DNA of 64,000 bases from the human T2T-CHM13v2.0 reference genome, Homo sapiens. A program made the translations under genes and the position numbers. The notes beneath the pieces were generated by a model, which saw nothing but the letters and a program-made list of their open reading frames with translations, was not told where the DNA came from and did no database searches. This document shows, one piece after another, positions 13,241 to 26,822 of this stretch (position 1 is the first letter of the stretch; each line of letters opens with the position of its first letter). The DNA lies in NCBI RefSeq assembly GCF_009914755.1, contig NC_060930.1; one strand, given 5' to 3'.

Positions 13241-13372
13241 AGTACACTTCTCTGGATAAGAACTCTGACCCATCAACTAGAGGCCAAATTATACCCATGC
13301 TATTGTATTAATAAGATGAGAAAAATGTGAAATAAAACTGAGGGAAATTCACATTAAAAATGATGAAAGCAG
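13241..13372 (+). repeat. Dispersed ~130-bp direct repeat, copy B
   Basis: About 85% identical to 11408-11537; abuts the MER50 3' end. Confidence 0.9.
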
Positions 13373-14568
13373 TGTGTTTTGGACCCTATTCTCCCCTTAC
13401 TATTTTGAGCCTTCTAATCTCAGGTAGTAGTTCAGTTTATTTTTTTTTAACTTGACTGTGAGATGCTAGAACTAAACAAAAATGGAATGTCTTGATTCAG
13501 GTGTCGCTGTTTGCATTGTAGCTAGTGTTTTTTTCTTCAAGGGGAAAAATAATTAGTCCCCTCTCAATGGTCCCATTTATGCTTAGGTTGTACCAGCTCC
13601 AGAAATAAGAGAGCATATCAATGTGTTCTGTCATTATTTTTCCTGCCTCGTAATTTCTAGGTCACTTCAAATATCCATCTCACCATCACTACCTTCAATT
13701 AAAAAAAATTGTCAAGAGTTTAACAGGGCCTTTAAAATCCATTTAGCTTGAATAATGCATTATTGAAGGGCAATCCCTCAACCACTAAAGCGGCCTCCAT
13801 AAGACAATTTCACCGAGTGGCCCCAGGGTAAATGCGTTTCATTTAAGCAGCATTGTGTTTGTCATAGGATTATCATAAATAGTAGAGTATTCCTTGAAAT
13901 AAGGCTTATTTAGGATTCAAGAGATTCAGGATTCAATCTATTTTCCATTTCTGTGTAAAAAAAAATACATATTTGTCAGATAAACTGCTTCTCTTTGCAG
14001 ATATGGTTTCCTTGGTTAGCAATTATTGGTGAGGTCTTGAATATATTTCAGACTTGAGCCCTGGAGGAATGAGGCAGCTTTCTGATGTTCAAAACTGCAT
14101 TGTCCTAGAAATTCCCAGATCCTTGGGCCTGAAGAACAATAGAAATTTACAGTGAAAAATTTCTATTTATCTTCTTGCCCTACTGCACTCTCCCAGGGTA
14201 GGCACCCAAACTGCTCCTCTACACAAATGCTTGTCCTCTTTTTCAAAGTGTGAGATTTGGCCCAGCTATTCGGACCTACTTAACTTTAAAAACTCAGTCT
14301 TTCTGTCAGCAAGGGCCTTGGAAGGAAAAGATCCAGATTCGAGTCCTGATTCTGCCACTGACTGTGTAACTGTACTGTAGAGCATTTAAATGATACTAAA
14401 CTCAACAGAAAAATACAAAAGCCCTTATATATGTGTACTGTTATGCAATAGAAAGAGCAAGAACATTTTTTCTTGTTACATTTGAGGCTTGCATTCAAGG
14501 CCATTCATGCACCGCCTAAAGATGAAGAAGCAGTCATTTTCTGTTCTGCCTGAACTCTGGATGTCAAT

Positions 14569-15156
14569 TGATTGTGGTTAATTTTAGGTGTCGACTGAAC
14601 TGAGGGATGCCTGGATGGCTGGTGAAGCATTGTTTCTGGGTGTGTCTGTGAGGGTGTTTCCAGAGGAGATTGATGCATGAGTCAGTGACCGAGAGAGGAA
14701 GACCTGCCCTCAGTGTGGACGGGCACCATGCAATCTGCTGGCAACACAGCTAGAACAAAGCAACCAGGAGAAAGGGAAATTCAGCTTGCTTGGCTTTCTT
14801 TTTAATGCTCTCTCTCTTTTCCAGAGCAGTAGGTATATTTTCTCCTGCCCTCCTTGGGCAGCTGAACTCCAGGTTCTTTGGCCTTTGGACTGTGGGACTT
14901 GCACCAGTAGCCTCCTGGGGGACCTTGCGTCTTTAGCCTTGGACTGGAGGCTACACTGTCAGCTTCTCTGGTGTTGAGGCTTTTGGACTGGACTGCAGCA
15001 TGCTGCTGGCCTCTCTTCCTCTTCTGCTTGCAGACGGCCTACCTGGTGGTGGGACTTTCTTTTTGTGATCATGTGAGCCAATTCTCCCTAATAAATTCCC
15101 TTTCGTATATATGTATCCTATTGTCTCTGTCCCTCTGAAGAATCCTGACTAATACA
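14569..15156 (+). mobile_element. MLT2B-type ERVL solo LTR
   Basis: TGGTTAATTTTAGGTGTC, GGGTGTGTCTGTGAGGGTGTTTCCAGAGGAGATT, end CCTGACTAATACA. Confidence 0.88.
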
Positions 15157-17814
15157 CTATCTTAACCTGATCTCCCAGGGATAAGGATGTTGGGATAGGA
15201 CAGAAGAGGTTAGGTCCTTGGGTTGATTTGCACAGGGCCTTGCACCCAAAAAGGACAGGCTCATGCGCTTATTGGGATCTAGCTTATTCCCCTTTTGAAA
15301 ACTGCAGGCAGAATTCTGGAACCAGGATGGGCTCCAGCATGAGCTGTGGTGACAGGGGACTGCAGAAGCAGGGAATCTAAGCTTCTAAGCAATGGTCACA
15401 TCCCGCCAGAGCATGTCCTCATCTAGCTGGAGTTGACACTACAGTGATGGACGTTTGCACTTTCCTGTCCTGGGATTTTAACAAACTAGAATGTGTCAAC
15501 AGGTCTGAACAGATATTGAAGCCAGGTTGTGTAGGATACTTTGGAGAAAATTTGGCCTGGGGAAGAGACAACTTCCCCAGTAAACTGTAGAGAACCTCAT
15601 GAATAGAACCTGATACACAGTTGTTGAATTGATTGAGAAGAATGGAGAGACAGAAACTCCCTCTGACCCCAGGCAGTCACTGTGCTGATCACAGGAGCCC
15701 AGGTAAGCCTAGGTCAGACGATGGTGGGGTATTTGCAGGCACAAGCAGGCATACCCACCTCAGCCTGTCATCACTGTAGCCTTTTGAAGCTTCGGGGCAC
15801 CCAAAGCCCTTCTTGGGAGGGTTATAACTGTTACCAGCAAGCTGCCAGGAAGAACAACCAACTGTCGCCCACACTCTTCAGAAGAGGTGGGATTTTCTGA
15901 GCTCTGTGCTTCAGTGATGGTGAAGCCCTTCGAGTGACTATTTCCTCTGTATTGTTTTTCCAGGCCACTGCATTTTCTTATACAGAGCTACTCCACGCAT
16001 TGCCCTTTGTCCTAGAACATCTTGCCTTAATTGCATTAATCATCTGATCTCTTCACTTTTAACATGACTTCTTGGGCTCCCATGATAACACTGATACCAT
16101 GTCTGATAAGGTTCAAATTCCACCACAGCCTGTGGCTGGAGGGCCTCGTGAGGGAAACTGCTCACAAGAATAAGGTAGGAGAGTAGGTCCAAGAATAATC
16201 CTCCCCCAAACAGGGAAGGCTGCGTGACTCAATGACACCTCCCATCTCTCCTCGTCATAATGTCCCCCTAGTCCATGTCAGGCCTCATGGGTCATTATGG
16301 TGTTGGGACGGGGTTAGAACTGGTAAGCACTATTAAAAGGGAGTGTTTTGGGGTTTTTTCCTCCTGTGACCCTGGTTCAGAAAGCATGTTTTGGAGCAAG
16401 TTGGGAGGCACTCTTGTTTAAACAGGTGTCACGGTATCAGTGAAGTCTACCAAGATGTTGTCAACCTATGTCTTTTTTAAAAGTCACTCTGGGATCTTAA
16501 TAAGTGTTTTTAACAAGAAAATAAAATTTTTAAAAATTGAGGTCCTGGAACTGGAAATGTAGGCAAAGGGACACAATGCGGGTGCCCGGAGTGTTTTGCT
16601 TTGGGAGGTAGTGGAGAGAAGGTGCCAGGGAGAGGCGTGCATTGACCAAGGTGAGAATACCAATCCCACAACCTTGGCTCAAGTGCCCCCCGCCCACCAG
16701 CCTCCAGATCCAGTCACCTAGCCGAGAGGGGCAAGGGCTGCATCTGACCCAGGGATCCTCCATTCTCAGAAAGAAAGGTGAGCAATGCTTGGCCTGGATG
16801 TGGCATTGAGCTGTTCAGACTTTGCCCTTCACAGAGTAGCCCCTGCCCACATTCGCCCATATGGGCTTACTCGCTGGTTTCCAGAAGGACTTTAGTCCAC
16901 TTGTAACCTCATCTCAACTGAAATAAATCAGCCCCCACCCAGGGACTGGTTTGCTGTACCAACTCCACTGGTGATGAAGAGGAGGGGAATCACAGTGACC
17001 TTTGCAGGGTGCATACTGTGCTTCCAAGAGTTATGAATAGCTCAGCTCCCAGAGGAGAGACTTCTCAAGTTCATTCTTTACAGTTAAGCTCTTGTTTAAG
17101 ATGGGAAAGTTATTCTGAGTAATAACTATTTCCTTCTCCTTGAGCCGCACAGTGAAAAAGTGTTACTTCCTACTTAGGACTTCATGTTCAGTGAACATAG
17201 CTCTCGTTCTGGAGAGAAAAATAAATTGCTTTCCAAAGGGCAATGGGATTTCTACTGCCTGTATCGATCATGCAGCTTTTCATTCCTGGTTGGTTTTCCT
17301 TGACCTCTGTGAGGATTGCATGTTCCGAAGACATAGCAGGGCCTGAACTTCAAAAACACTAGTGACATTCCAGGCTGGCTGTGAAATTTTGCAGTAAATC
17401 TGAAAAAATATTCTCAGTTCATATGGTGAGGTGGAGGGAAATTGCTACCCAAAGGCTACTGTGTCCACAGTCTTCTCGCACTCCTAGTGCTTCAAGCTCC
17501 ATTGAAGTGAGTTGCCCCTCTGCCACTGTGTCCCCCACTGCACCCCCACCTGGGGTGTCCTGGGCCATAAAAGTTTGAGCAGGAACACTTGCTGGAGCAC
17601 ATTTTCAAAGACCACCAATCACCTCCAGCTGGAGACCTGCTGCAACCCCCAGCCTTTGGTATTGTAGCCAGTTCCGACAATCAAGACATTTAATCCCACG
17701 GATTGCAGAATGGTGTGGGCAGCAAGCAGCTCTACTGCAGGTCTGTAGGAAGTGTGTCTTTATTTTTATCACTAGCAGACCTCACTGAAAGCTCTGGGTC
17801 TGATGGTGATCACA

Positions 17815-17915
17815 GAGAAAGGTCCCAGTCAGAGTCAGGCTGTTCCCTGCCTCTCACCAGTTGGGTCATCCTGGGATGTGCCTAATCTTCCCCATTTGTA
17901 AGACACAAGGGCCAG
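17815..17915 (+). mobile_element. MIR fragment
   Basis: Degenerate core ending TTCCCCATTTGTAAGA. Confidence 0.4.
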
Positions 17916-17921
17916 GTGAGA

Positions 17922-18370
17922 CCAGTGGTTCTCAAACCAGAGAGTCTCTGTCTTTCTTTCTGAGACAGAGTCTTGCTCTGTTGCCCAGGCTGGAGTGCAG
18001 TGGTGCAATCTCGGCTCACTGCAGACTCCGCCTCCCAGATGTAAGCAATTCTCTGCCTCAGCCTCCCGAGTAGCTGGGATTACAGGTGCGTGCCACCATA
18101 CCTGGCTAATTTTTGTATTTTTAGTAGTGATGGGCTTTCACCATCTTGGCCAGGCTAGTCTTGAACTCCTGACCTCATGATCCACCTGCCTCAGCCTCCT
18201 CAAGTGCTGGGATTACAGGCGTGAGCCACCGCACCTAGCCCAAACCAGTTTCTAAGAATTATCTGGGCAATGTGTAATCCCCAGTGGCAATTTCCAGAAA
18301 TTCTCATTTTAAAAGCTCCTCATTGATATTGACACTGATGTTCTATGGACCACAGTTGGGAAAATACTGG
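17922..18370. mobile_element. MER5-like hAT MITE, interrupted by an Alu
   Basis: CAGTGGTTCTCAAAC .. GGACCACAGTTGGGAAAATACTG ends. Confidence 0.6.
17948..18240 (-). mobile_element. AluS (Sg/Sc-like) SINE
   Basis: Full dimer; CAAACCAG repeated on both flanks. Confidence 0.92.
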
Positions 18371-19164
18371 GAGCAGATAGAAAACTTCCAGCCCCAACAG
18401 TCTCTGCTGGACCCTGGCTGTGATGTTAAATTTTATTCTGTCTGGTTGGCTTTAGAGTTCTCTTTATTATCTTACACATAAAGCTTTTTTAAATGATTGG
18501 GGAATTTACAATAATTTATCACAATAACATTTGGAAGCATTTGAGAGAGCAATAGTTCTTAGCTGAATTTCTTTGGGCAGAGGTAAATATACAAAGAAAA
18601 CAGGTGAGAAGTTGGCTCTATATCAGATAGTCTAAAGAAAATGTTGTAGAGAAGAACTACATTCCATTACACTACTACTTTTGAAATATTTTCTTTTTCC
18701 CCTCATTTCCCTCCTATCCTGTCTCCCTCATCTCTTTGCTTTATGTTTAGATTCCCTTGATTAGAAATGGCAAAATCAGGAAGTGAAAGATCTGACACAT
18801 GTAGGAGTAAATGGGAACCAGGCCCTCAGGGCCACCCAATAGTTGACCTCAAAGCTTGGCCTGGTTGATGTCCACATGCCATGTCATCGGGAGCCCCCTC
18901 TTTTTGGCTTCTGGGGATTTTTATCAGAAAGGGAGGAGCCATCCCAAGGCAGCTTTTACCTGTCACAGATAGCATCAAACCCTGACTCCAAAAACTTGAG
19001 GAAAATCAAAAGCATGTGGTCACCAGGAAAAAAAAATGAGGATCTCATCTTTAATCACAATAAAGCTAGAATTCCCAGATGGTACATTTTTGGATCTTTG
19101 CATCCATCTGCTAGTTCAAGTACTTCAACAGCAATTGCCCTCATGGTGATTTCACAAATTCCTC

Positions 19165-19400
19165 ACATCCTTCATTCATTTGACAAATATTCATTGAGCA
19201 TCTACTTGGCGCCATGAACTAGAGATCAGTGTGAGCAGATGACATGAACTCTGCCTTGCAAATGCCACTTGCATCAAGCCCCACAAACAGAGGGACTCTG
19301 GCACTGTGGTCTGAGAGGTCAGAAGGAGTCTTTCTGAGGAGATGACAGTGAGCTGAGATTGGAAGACCAGTAGGAGAGAACTAGATGAACTGAATGAAAA
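19165..19400 (-). mobile_element. L2 3'-end fragment
   Basis: TTCATTCATTTGACAAATATTCATTGAGCATCTACT; TCTGAGGAGATGACAGTGAGCTGAGA. Confidence 0.7.
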
Positions 19401-20254
19401 GATGCTCCACCTACAGAGTTGGGTGCCAGCTACTGAAAGATAGCCTTCATGGGGGAAATAGCAAATCATGTCTCCCTTTGGCCCAAGTCATGACTTGTCT
19501 GCCTGTCTGCCTCACATGAGGTGGGGGGACTGCAGGATGTTTTTGGAAATGTTTTCTGAACACTGATCCCCGATATATACTCTAATTCCATACTTGTTAT
19601 TGAATTTTGCAATAGGAAATTTAAACCACATGCTGTTTATTTAAAAATTTCGATTAAATTTTCCTTTGACTTGCACTTCCAAATAATAAATCAAATGTTG
19701 CTTAGTTTAATTTTCAAGTTGATGAAGATTCTTTTCCTGTTGCTAATTCAAGTCACTTAAGGTGAATTTTGATTAATTTGTGATAGGAAGTTTTGTCTTT
19801 CTTAATTGAAAACGCTTTTGAACCAATAGCATATTGCACTAAATTACTCAGGAAATGGCAGTGCTAGGGCTAAGAAAATCTTTATTTTTTTATTTTTATA
19901 AAAAAATGATCACAGATTTCAAAGGATTAATTTCTCCACTCTTACTGAAAAGAGCTATTGAACTCTCAGTTGACTACAAGTGATTTATCTCTGCTAATTA
20001 AAAATAAAAATCTTCCTGACTTCTTGGTGTCAATGTGTGCAATTCCAATGATGATCATGCTCTATATTTATACAGGGGCTAATATATCACTTGCACATAT
20101 TTTTATCTTTTTAAGCTTCCCAGCATCACTTAACTGATGGTTGATGGGGAGGGGATGATCTGGAAGGATGATAAATTAAGACTGTCTCTCATTTTAAACC
20201 ATAAAATAGGTATGTAATGAATCAGAGCTGAAACACAATCATCCTGAAAGAAAA

Positions 20255-21008
20255 GATTGCTGGGTTGAATGTTAGTTCTGCTTTTAGCTCTTTGAGGAAT
20301 TGTAACACTGCTTTCCATAATGGTTGCACTAATTTACACTTCTGCCAACAGTGTGTAAGTGTTCCCTTTTCTCTGCAACCTTGCCAGTGTCTGTTGTTTG
20401 TTTGTTTTCCACTTTTTAATAGTAGCCATTCTGACTGGTGTAAGATGGTATCTCACTGTAGTTTTGATTTGCATTTCTCTAATGATCAGCGATATTGAGC
20501 TTTTTTTTCCAGAGGAATATAAATCACTCTACTATAAGATACATGCACATGAATGTTCATTGCAACACCATTTACAATAACAAAGACAGGGTATCAACCT
20601 AAATGCCTATCAGTGATGGAATGGATAAAGAAAATGTGGTAATATAAACCATGGACAACTATGCAGCCATAAAAAGAACAAGATCATGTATTTTTCAGGA
20701 ACATGGATGGATCTGGAGGCCATCATCCTTAGCAAACTAATTCAGGAGCAGAAAATCAAATACCACATGTTCTCACTTATAAATGGGAGCTAAATGATGA
20801 GAACTCATGAACACAAAGAAGGGAACAGTAGACATGGGGTCTATTTTAGGAGGAGGGAGAGGAACAGAAACGATAACTATTGGGTACTAGGCTTAATACC
20901 TGGGTGATAAAATAATCTGTACAACAAACCCCCATGACACAAGTTTCCTATGCAGCAAACCTGCACATGTAGCCCTAAACCTAAAATAAAAGTTTTTTAA
21001 AAAAGAAA
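20255..21008 (+). mobile_element. 5'-truncated, 5'-inverted L1PA13-16-type LINE-1 (twin priming)
   Basis: 20255-20508 is antisense late ORF2; 20509-21008 is the sense ORF2 end, 3'UTR and A-tail; AAAGATTG at 20252-20259 and 21011-21018. Confidence 0.88.
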
Positions 21009-21059
21009 GTAAAGATTGAGCTTAAGGTGTTAACTTAAGAAAGAATGTCTGTGCCAATC

Positions 21060-22230
21060 AGGAGAAGAATGAAATCTAGAGTCCTCACTAATGCCTGCAT
21101 TTTCACTCCTGCGTGACCTGGCTCCCACCTACTCCTCCAGTTTATTTTCTGCTACTCTTTTTCTCATGTGCTTGCCCCCAGCTGCACAGACCTACTTGCT
21201 GTTCCTGCAACACGCACAAGGCTTGCTCTTGCCTCTGTGTCTTTGCACGTGCTGTTCCTTCTGCCTGAAGGCTCTTCCCTTGATATTCTCATCATAGCTC
21301 ACTCACTGGCTTCCTTTAGCTCTGCTCAAATGCACTTCTTTAGAGAGACCTTCTGGACCAGCTCAAAAAGCATTCCCATCACTCGTTATTGCCTTCCATG
21401 TATCATTTGTTTTCATAACACTTATCATCAACTGATGAATTTTATACATATACAATTATATATATGTTACATATAATTTACTGTATGTTTTAGATCAGTT
21501 TTGGGTTCACAGCAAAATTAAGAGGAAGACACAGAGATTTCCCATATGCCCCTTCCCTGACACATGCACAGCCTCCTCCATATCAACATCCTCCACCAGA
21601 GTGGCACATTTGTTACCATTGATGACCCTACATTGGCATACCCTCATCACACAAAGTTTATAGCTTATCTTAGGGTTCATTCTTGGTGTTCATTCTGTGG
21701 GTTTGGATAAATATATGATGACAAGTATCCACCATTTTAGTATCATACAGAGTGTTTTCACTGCCCTAAAAGCCCTCTGTGCTCTACCTGTGCATCCCTT
21801 CTTCCTCCAACCCTTGGCAACCACTTATCTTTTTACTGTCTCTATAGTTTTGCCTTTTTGAGTGTCATGAAGTTGAATTCATCAGTTATGCAGCCTTTTC
21901 AGATTGGCTTCATTCACTTAGCAGTATACATTTAAGTTTCCTCAATGTCTTCACAGCTTGATGAGCCATTACTTTGTAGTGCTGAATAATATTCCATTGT
22001 CTCGATGTACCAGAGTTTATTTGTCCATTCACCTACTGAAGGACATCTTGGTTGCTTCACAAGTTTTGGAGCATAAAGGTATTTTTCTCTTTATTTATTA
22101 TTTGATCTCTCTTTTTCCATCCCTCCAACATAGTGACTATGCCTATTTGTATACTCTTATATCCCAATGACTAGTATACTGATTGTACATAATATGTGCT
22201 CAAAAATATTTTATTGAATAAAGAATTGAG
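21060..22230 (+). mobile_element. L2 fragment split by an L1M insertion
   Basis: GCTGTTCCTTCTGCCTGAAGGCTCTTCCC, AGAGAGACCTTC, and the 3' end GTGCTCAAAAATATTTTATTGAATAAA. Confidence 0.6.
21480..22070 (-). mobile_element. L1MC1/L1MB-type 3'UTR fragment
   Basis: GGTTCACAGCAAAATT..CAGAGATTTCCCATAT..CCACCAGAGTGG..TTTTCAGATTGGCTTC. Confidence 0.8.
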
Positions 22231-22419
22231 GAAGGAAAGTAAAAAATACAGAAAAGAGATCAAATGAATGAGCGCTAGAAGTAACTGTAATATACTGTAT
22301 AGGAAGAGGTATGCCTGGGTCAAATAACTCAATCTGTCCAGTCTCAGTAGCAAGGACAGGGCCTAAAGACATTGCTTCATTGGTGACTAAGTGTGCGGAC
22401 AGAATTTCTGTTTAAAGAA

Positions 22420-22780
22420 GGACATCATGATCAAAGAAGATGACAGCAGGAGAGAAGATATTTGCAATTTCTAAAATGAGGAACCAGTGTCTGGAATCAC
22501 TAGTGCCTTTGAGTCAACAAGTAGAAAATGACAATCGCAAAAAGGAAAAACAGACAAAGGACATGAACAGGCAATTTACACAACAGGAATCCCAAGAGGC
22601 TAGCAAGTGTAAAACATGTTTAAAACTGTTACTAATCAGAGAAATGCAAATCAATCTACAATGAGTTGTCAGTCGATAAGAGTAGACTTGAAAAAAGTAA
22701 GAGGTAGGATGATGGGGCTGTGAAGGCAAAGGGACCTTTGTCTGGTGCTGGTGGCAAGATAGACAGATGCAGCCATGGGT
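22420..22780 (+). mobile_element. Ancient L1M ORF2 C-terminal fragment
   Basis: Translates EKIFA..KDMNRQFT..LLIREMQI. Confidence 0.7.
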
Positions 22781-22907
22781 TTAGGTGTATATCACATCCC
22801 AGCAGGGGCAAAGAAAGGAGAATTCATCCTGGTGGAGAGGAGATGAAATGAGCCGGCCACCGTTGGTAGAGATGTGAGTAGGGAAAGTGTGGAGGAAGCT
22901 CACCACT

Positions 22908-24230
<1,323 letters not shown>

Positions 24231-24482
24231 GTGTGTATCATCAGTGGCATTGCTTAGAGTTGCTGTAACAGTGATTTAAAAAGCAGATTATCTCTTAATG
24301 TCATTATTATTTTTTAAATTCTCCAGACAAGGTACTCCCTTATTGCCTGCATCTGAGGCAGGTTGCTACCATTGCTCCTCTCTAGGGACATGCTATTTAT
24401 AAGCAAAAAATTATTCATGTGGGACCTGCAAAGAGGCTTGAGGGAGAGGTGTGGTAAGAAAAAAAGGGATTTCTGAAAAAAG

Positions 24483-24571
24483 TGGATGTCCAATTGTTTC
24501 AACATTTTTGTTGGGAAACTATCCTTCGTCCATTTCTTTGCCTTTGGACCTTTGTCAAAATCAGTTGACCA
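24483..24571 (-). mobile_element. Ancient L1M ORF2 fragment (host, left piece)
   Basis: GGATGTCCAATTGTT..CCTTTGTCAAAATCAGTTGACCA; resumes at ~28775. Confidence 0.6.
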
Positions 24572-24574
24572 CTG

Positions 24575-26822
24575 TGCCCCTGGCTGGAGAAACAGCCAAA
24601 TTGACCCGCCCCTTGAGAAAATGTCCCCAAATCATGGAGCCACCACATGCCCATCCCTGCAGCTGGAGATATAGCCTGGTGGCCCCGCCCCCAGTGAGCC
24701 AGTTCTCAAGTCAGCCAACACATCATGCACTGCACCCATAGCCAGAGAAACAACCCAGCAGTCCTGCCCCCATGTGCACATGCATGCCCCTTGCCTATAA
24801 GCCAATTTGGTAAGCCCACCTCTGTCTAAGCCACAACACTGCCACCACAAACTCCTGTAGCCTAGGTCACTGAGGCACTCGCAAGCATCACTAACATAAA
24901 TTATAGCTGAAGACACTGCATGAACATTGCACTACCCTATCTTTCCAGAACCAAAATCAGTGTGCCTTCCCCAGCCAATACCCTAGGATCTAGCTACAGG
25001 AATAAGTCCTTATGAAAGCTATTTTATAAAACTGAAAGAGGCAACTGTTCCGTTAGATGAGCAGATATCAACATAGGGACACAATAAACATGAAAAAGCA
25101 AGGAAACAGGACACCTCAAAGAAGCATAATAATTCTGTAGGAACAGAGTCCTAAAGAAACGAAAATGTACAAAATGCCAGAGAAGTATTAATAATTGAAA
25201 ATAATAATCTTAAGGGATCAATGAGATACAGGAAAATACAGATAGACAATTCAAAGAAATCAGGAAAATTAATGATTTGAATAAGAAATTCAACAAAGAG
25301 ATATAAAATACCAAACAGAAATCTTGGAGCTGAAGAATTTCATGAGGGAAATAAACAATGAAATTAACAGCTAAGATGAAATCAAGCAGAAAAAAAGAAT
25401 TTCTAAATGTGAAGACAGGTCTTTTGAAATAACCAAGGCAGAAAAGACAGAGAGAAAAAAAAAATTTACGGGACGTATGGGACACCATAAAGCAAACAGA
25501 TATTCACATTATGGTAGTTTAAGAAGGAGAAGAGATAAGAAAGGACATAGAAAGCCTATTTAATTTAATAAAACAATATCTGAAGAGAATCTCAAATCTT
25601 GGGAGATACATGAGCATCCAGGTTCACGAAGTTTAAAAGTTTCTAAATGTATTCAATTCAAAAAGTTTCACCCTGGGGCACATTATAGTAAAATTGTCAA
25701 AAGTTAAAGACAAAGAAAAATTCTAAAAACAGAAAGAGAAATGCATCAAGTCACATATAAGGAAATGCCCACTAGACTAACAGATTTCTTAGCGGAAACC
25801 TTATAGGCAGAGAGAGAATGGCATGATATAGTCACGCTGAAAGAGAAAAAGACTTACAACCAAGAATTCATACCCAGAAAAACTATCCTTCAAAAATGAA
25901 GGGAGAAATAAAGTCTTTTCCAGACAAACAAAAATGGAATTCATTACCACTAGACTGGTCTTACAAGAAACACTAGGGAGACCTATATCTGGAAGCAAAA
26001 GAATGATATCTACCATCATGAAAACACATGAATGTGTAAAACTCACTGGCAGAACAGAGACATAAAGAAGAAAGAAAAAGTAGTTAAAATGCATCACTAC
26101 AGAAAACCACCAAAATGCAAAGATAAACAATAACAGAGGAAGAAAGAAACAAAAAATATGCAAAGGCATCAAAATACAAATAACAAACAGAGTAAGTACT
26201 CACATACCAATAATAACCTTTAATCTAAATAGATCACATTCTTCAATTAAAATATATAGACTGGCTGAATAAATTTTTAGAAAAATGAGACCCACCTCTC
26301 TGCTGCAAATCAGTAGTGATTCTATACATTAACAACGAGCTGGCTGAAAAAGAAATCAAGAAAGCAATCCAATTTATAATAGCAAAGAAAAAAATACTGA
26401 GAAATAAATTTAACCACAGTAGTGAAAGACTTCCACAAGAGAAACAATAAAATACTGATGAAAAAAATCGAACACGATAAAACAAAATAGAAGGACATTC
26501 CATGTTCATGGATTGAAATAATTAATATTGTTATAATGACCAGGCTACCCAAAACAATGTACAGATTCAATTCAATCCCTATCAAAATGCAATGACATTC
26601 ATTACAGAAATAGAAAAAGTAATCCTAAAATTTGTTTGGAACCACAAAATACTCCAGGTAACCAAAGCAATCTGAGCAAAAAGAGCAAAGGTGGAGGGAT
26701 CACACTACCTGACTTCAAAATATACGACAAAGTTATACTAACTGAAACAGCACAGTAATGAAATAAAAACAGACACGTAGACCAATGGTAAAGAATAGAG
26801 GACCCAGAAATAAATGCAAAAC
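24575..26822 (+). mobile_element. Old L1M element: 5'UTR, ORF1 relic and internally deleted ORF2 relic
   Basis: ORF1-like blocks (TATGGGACACCATAAAGC, CCCAGAAAAACTATCCTTCAAAAATGAAGG); EN start joined to post-RT sequence at ~26305. Confidence 0.8.

Noticed and set aside
9830-13372. Direct repeats as a CRISPR-like or recombination-cassette system
   Set aside because: Only two copies each, no repeat-spacer periodicity, no associated enzyme gene; primate DNA
17623-17634. 12-bp palindrome CTCCAGCTGGAG
   Set aside because: About 15 perfect 12-bp palindromes are expected by chance in 64 kb
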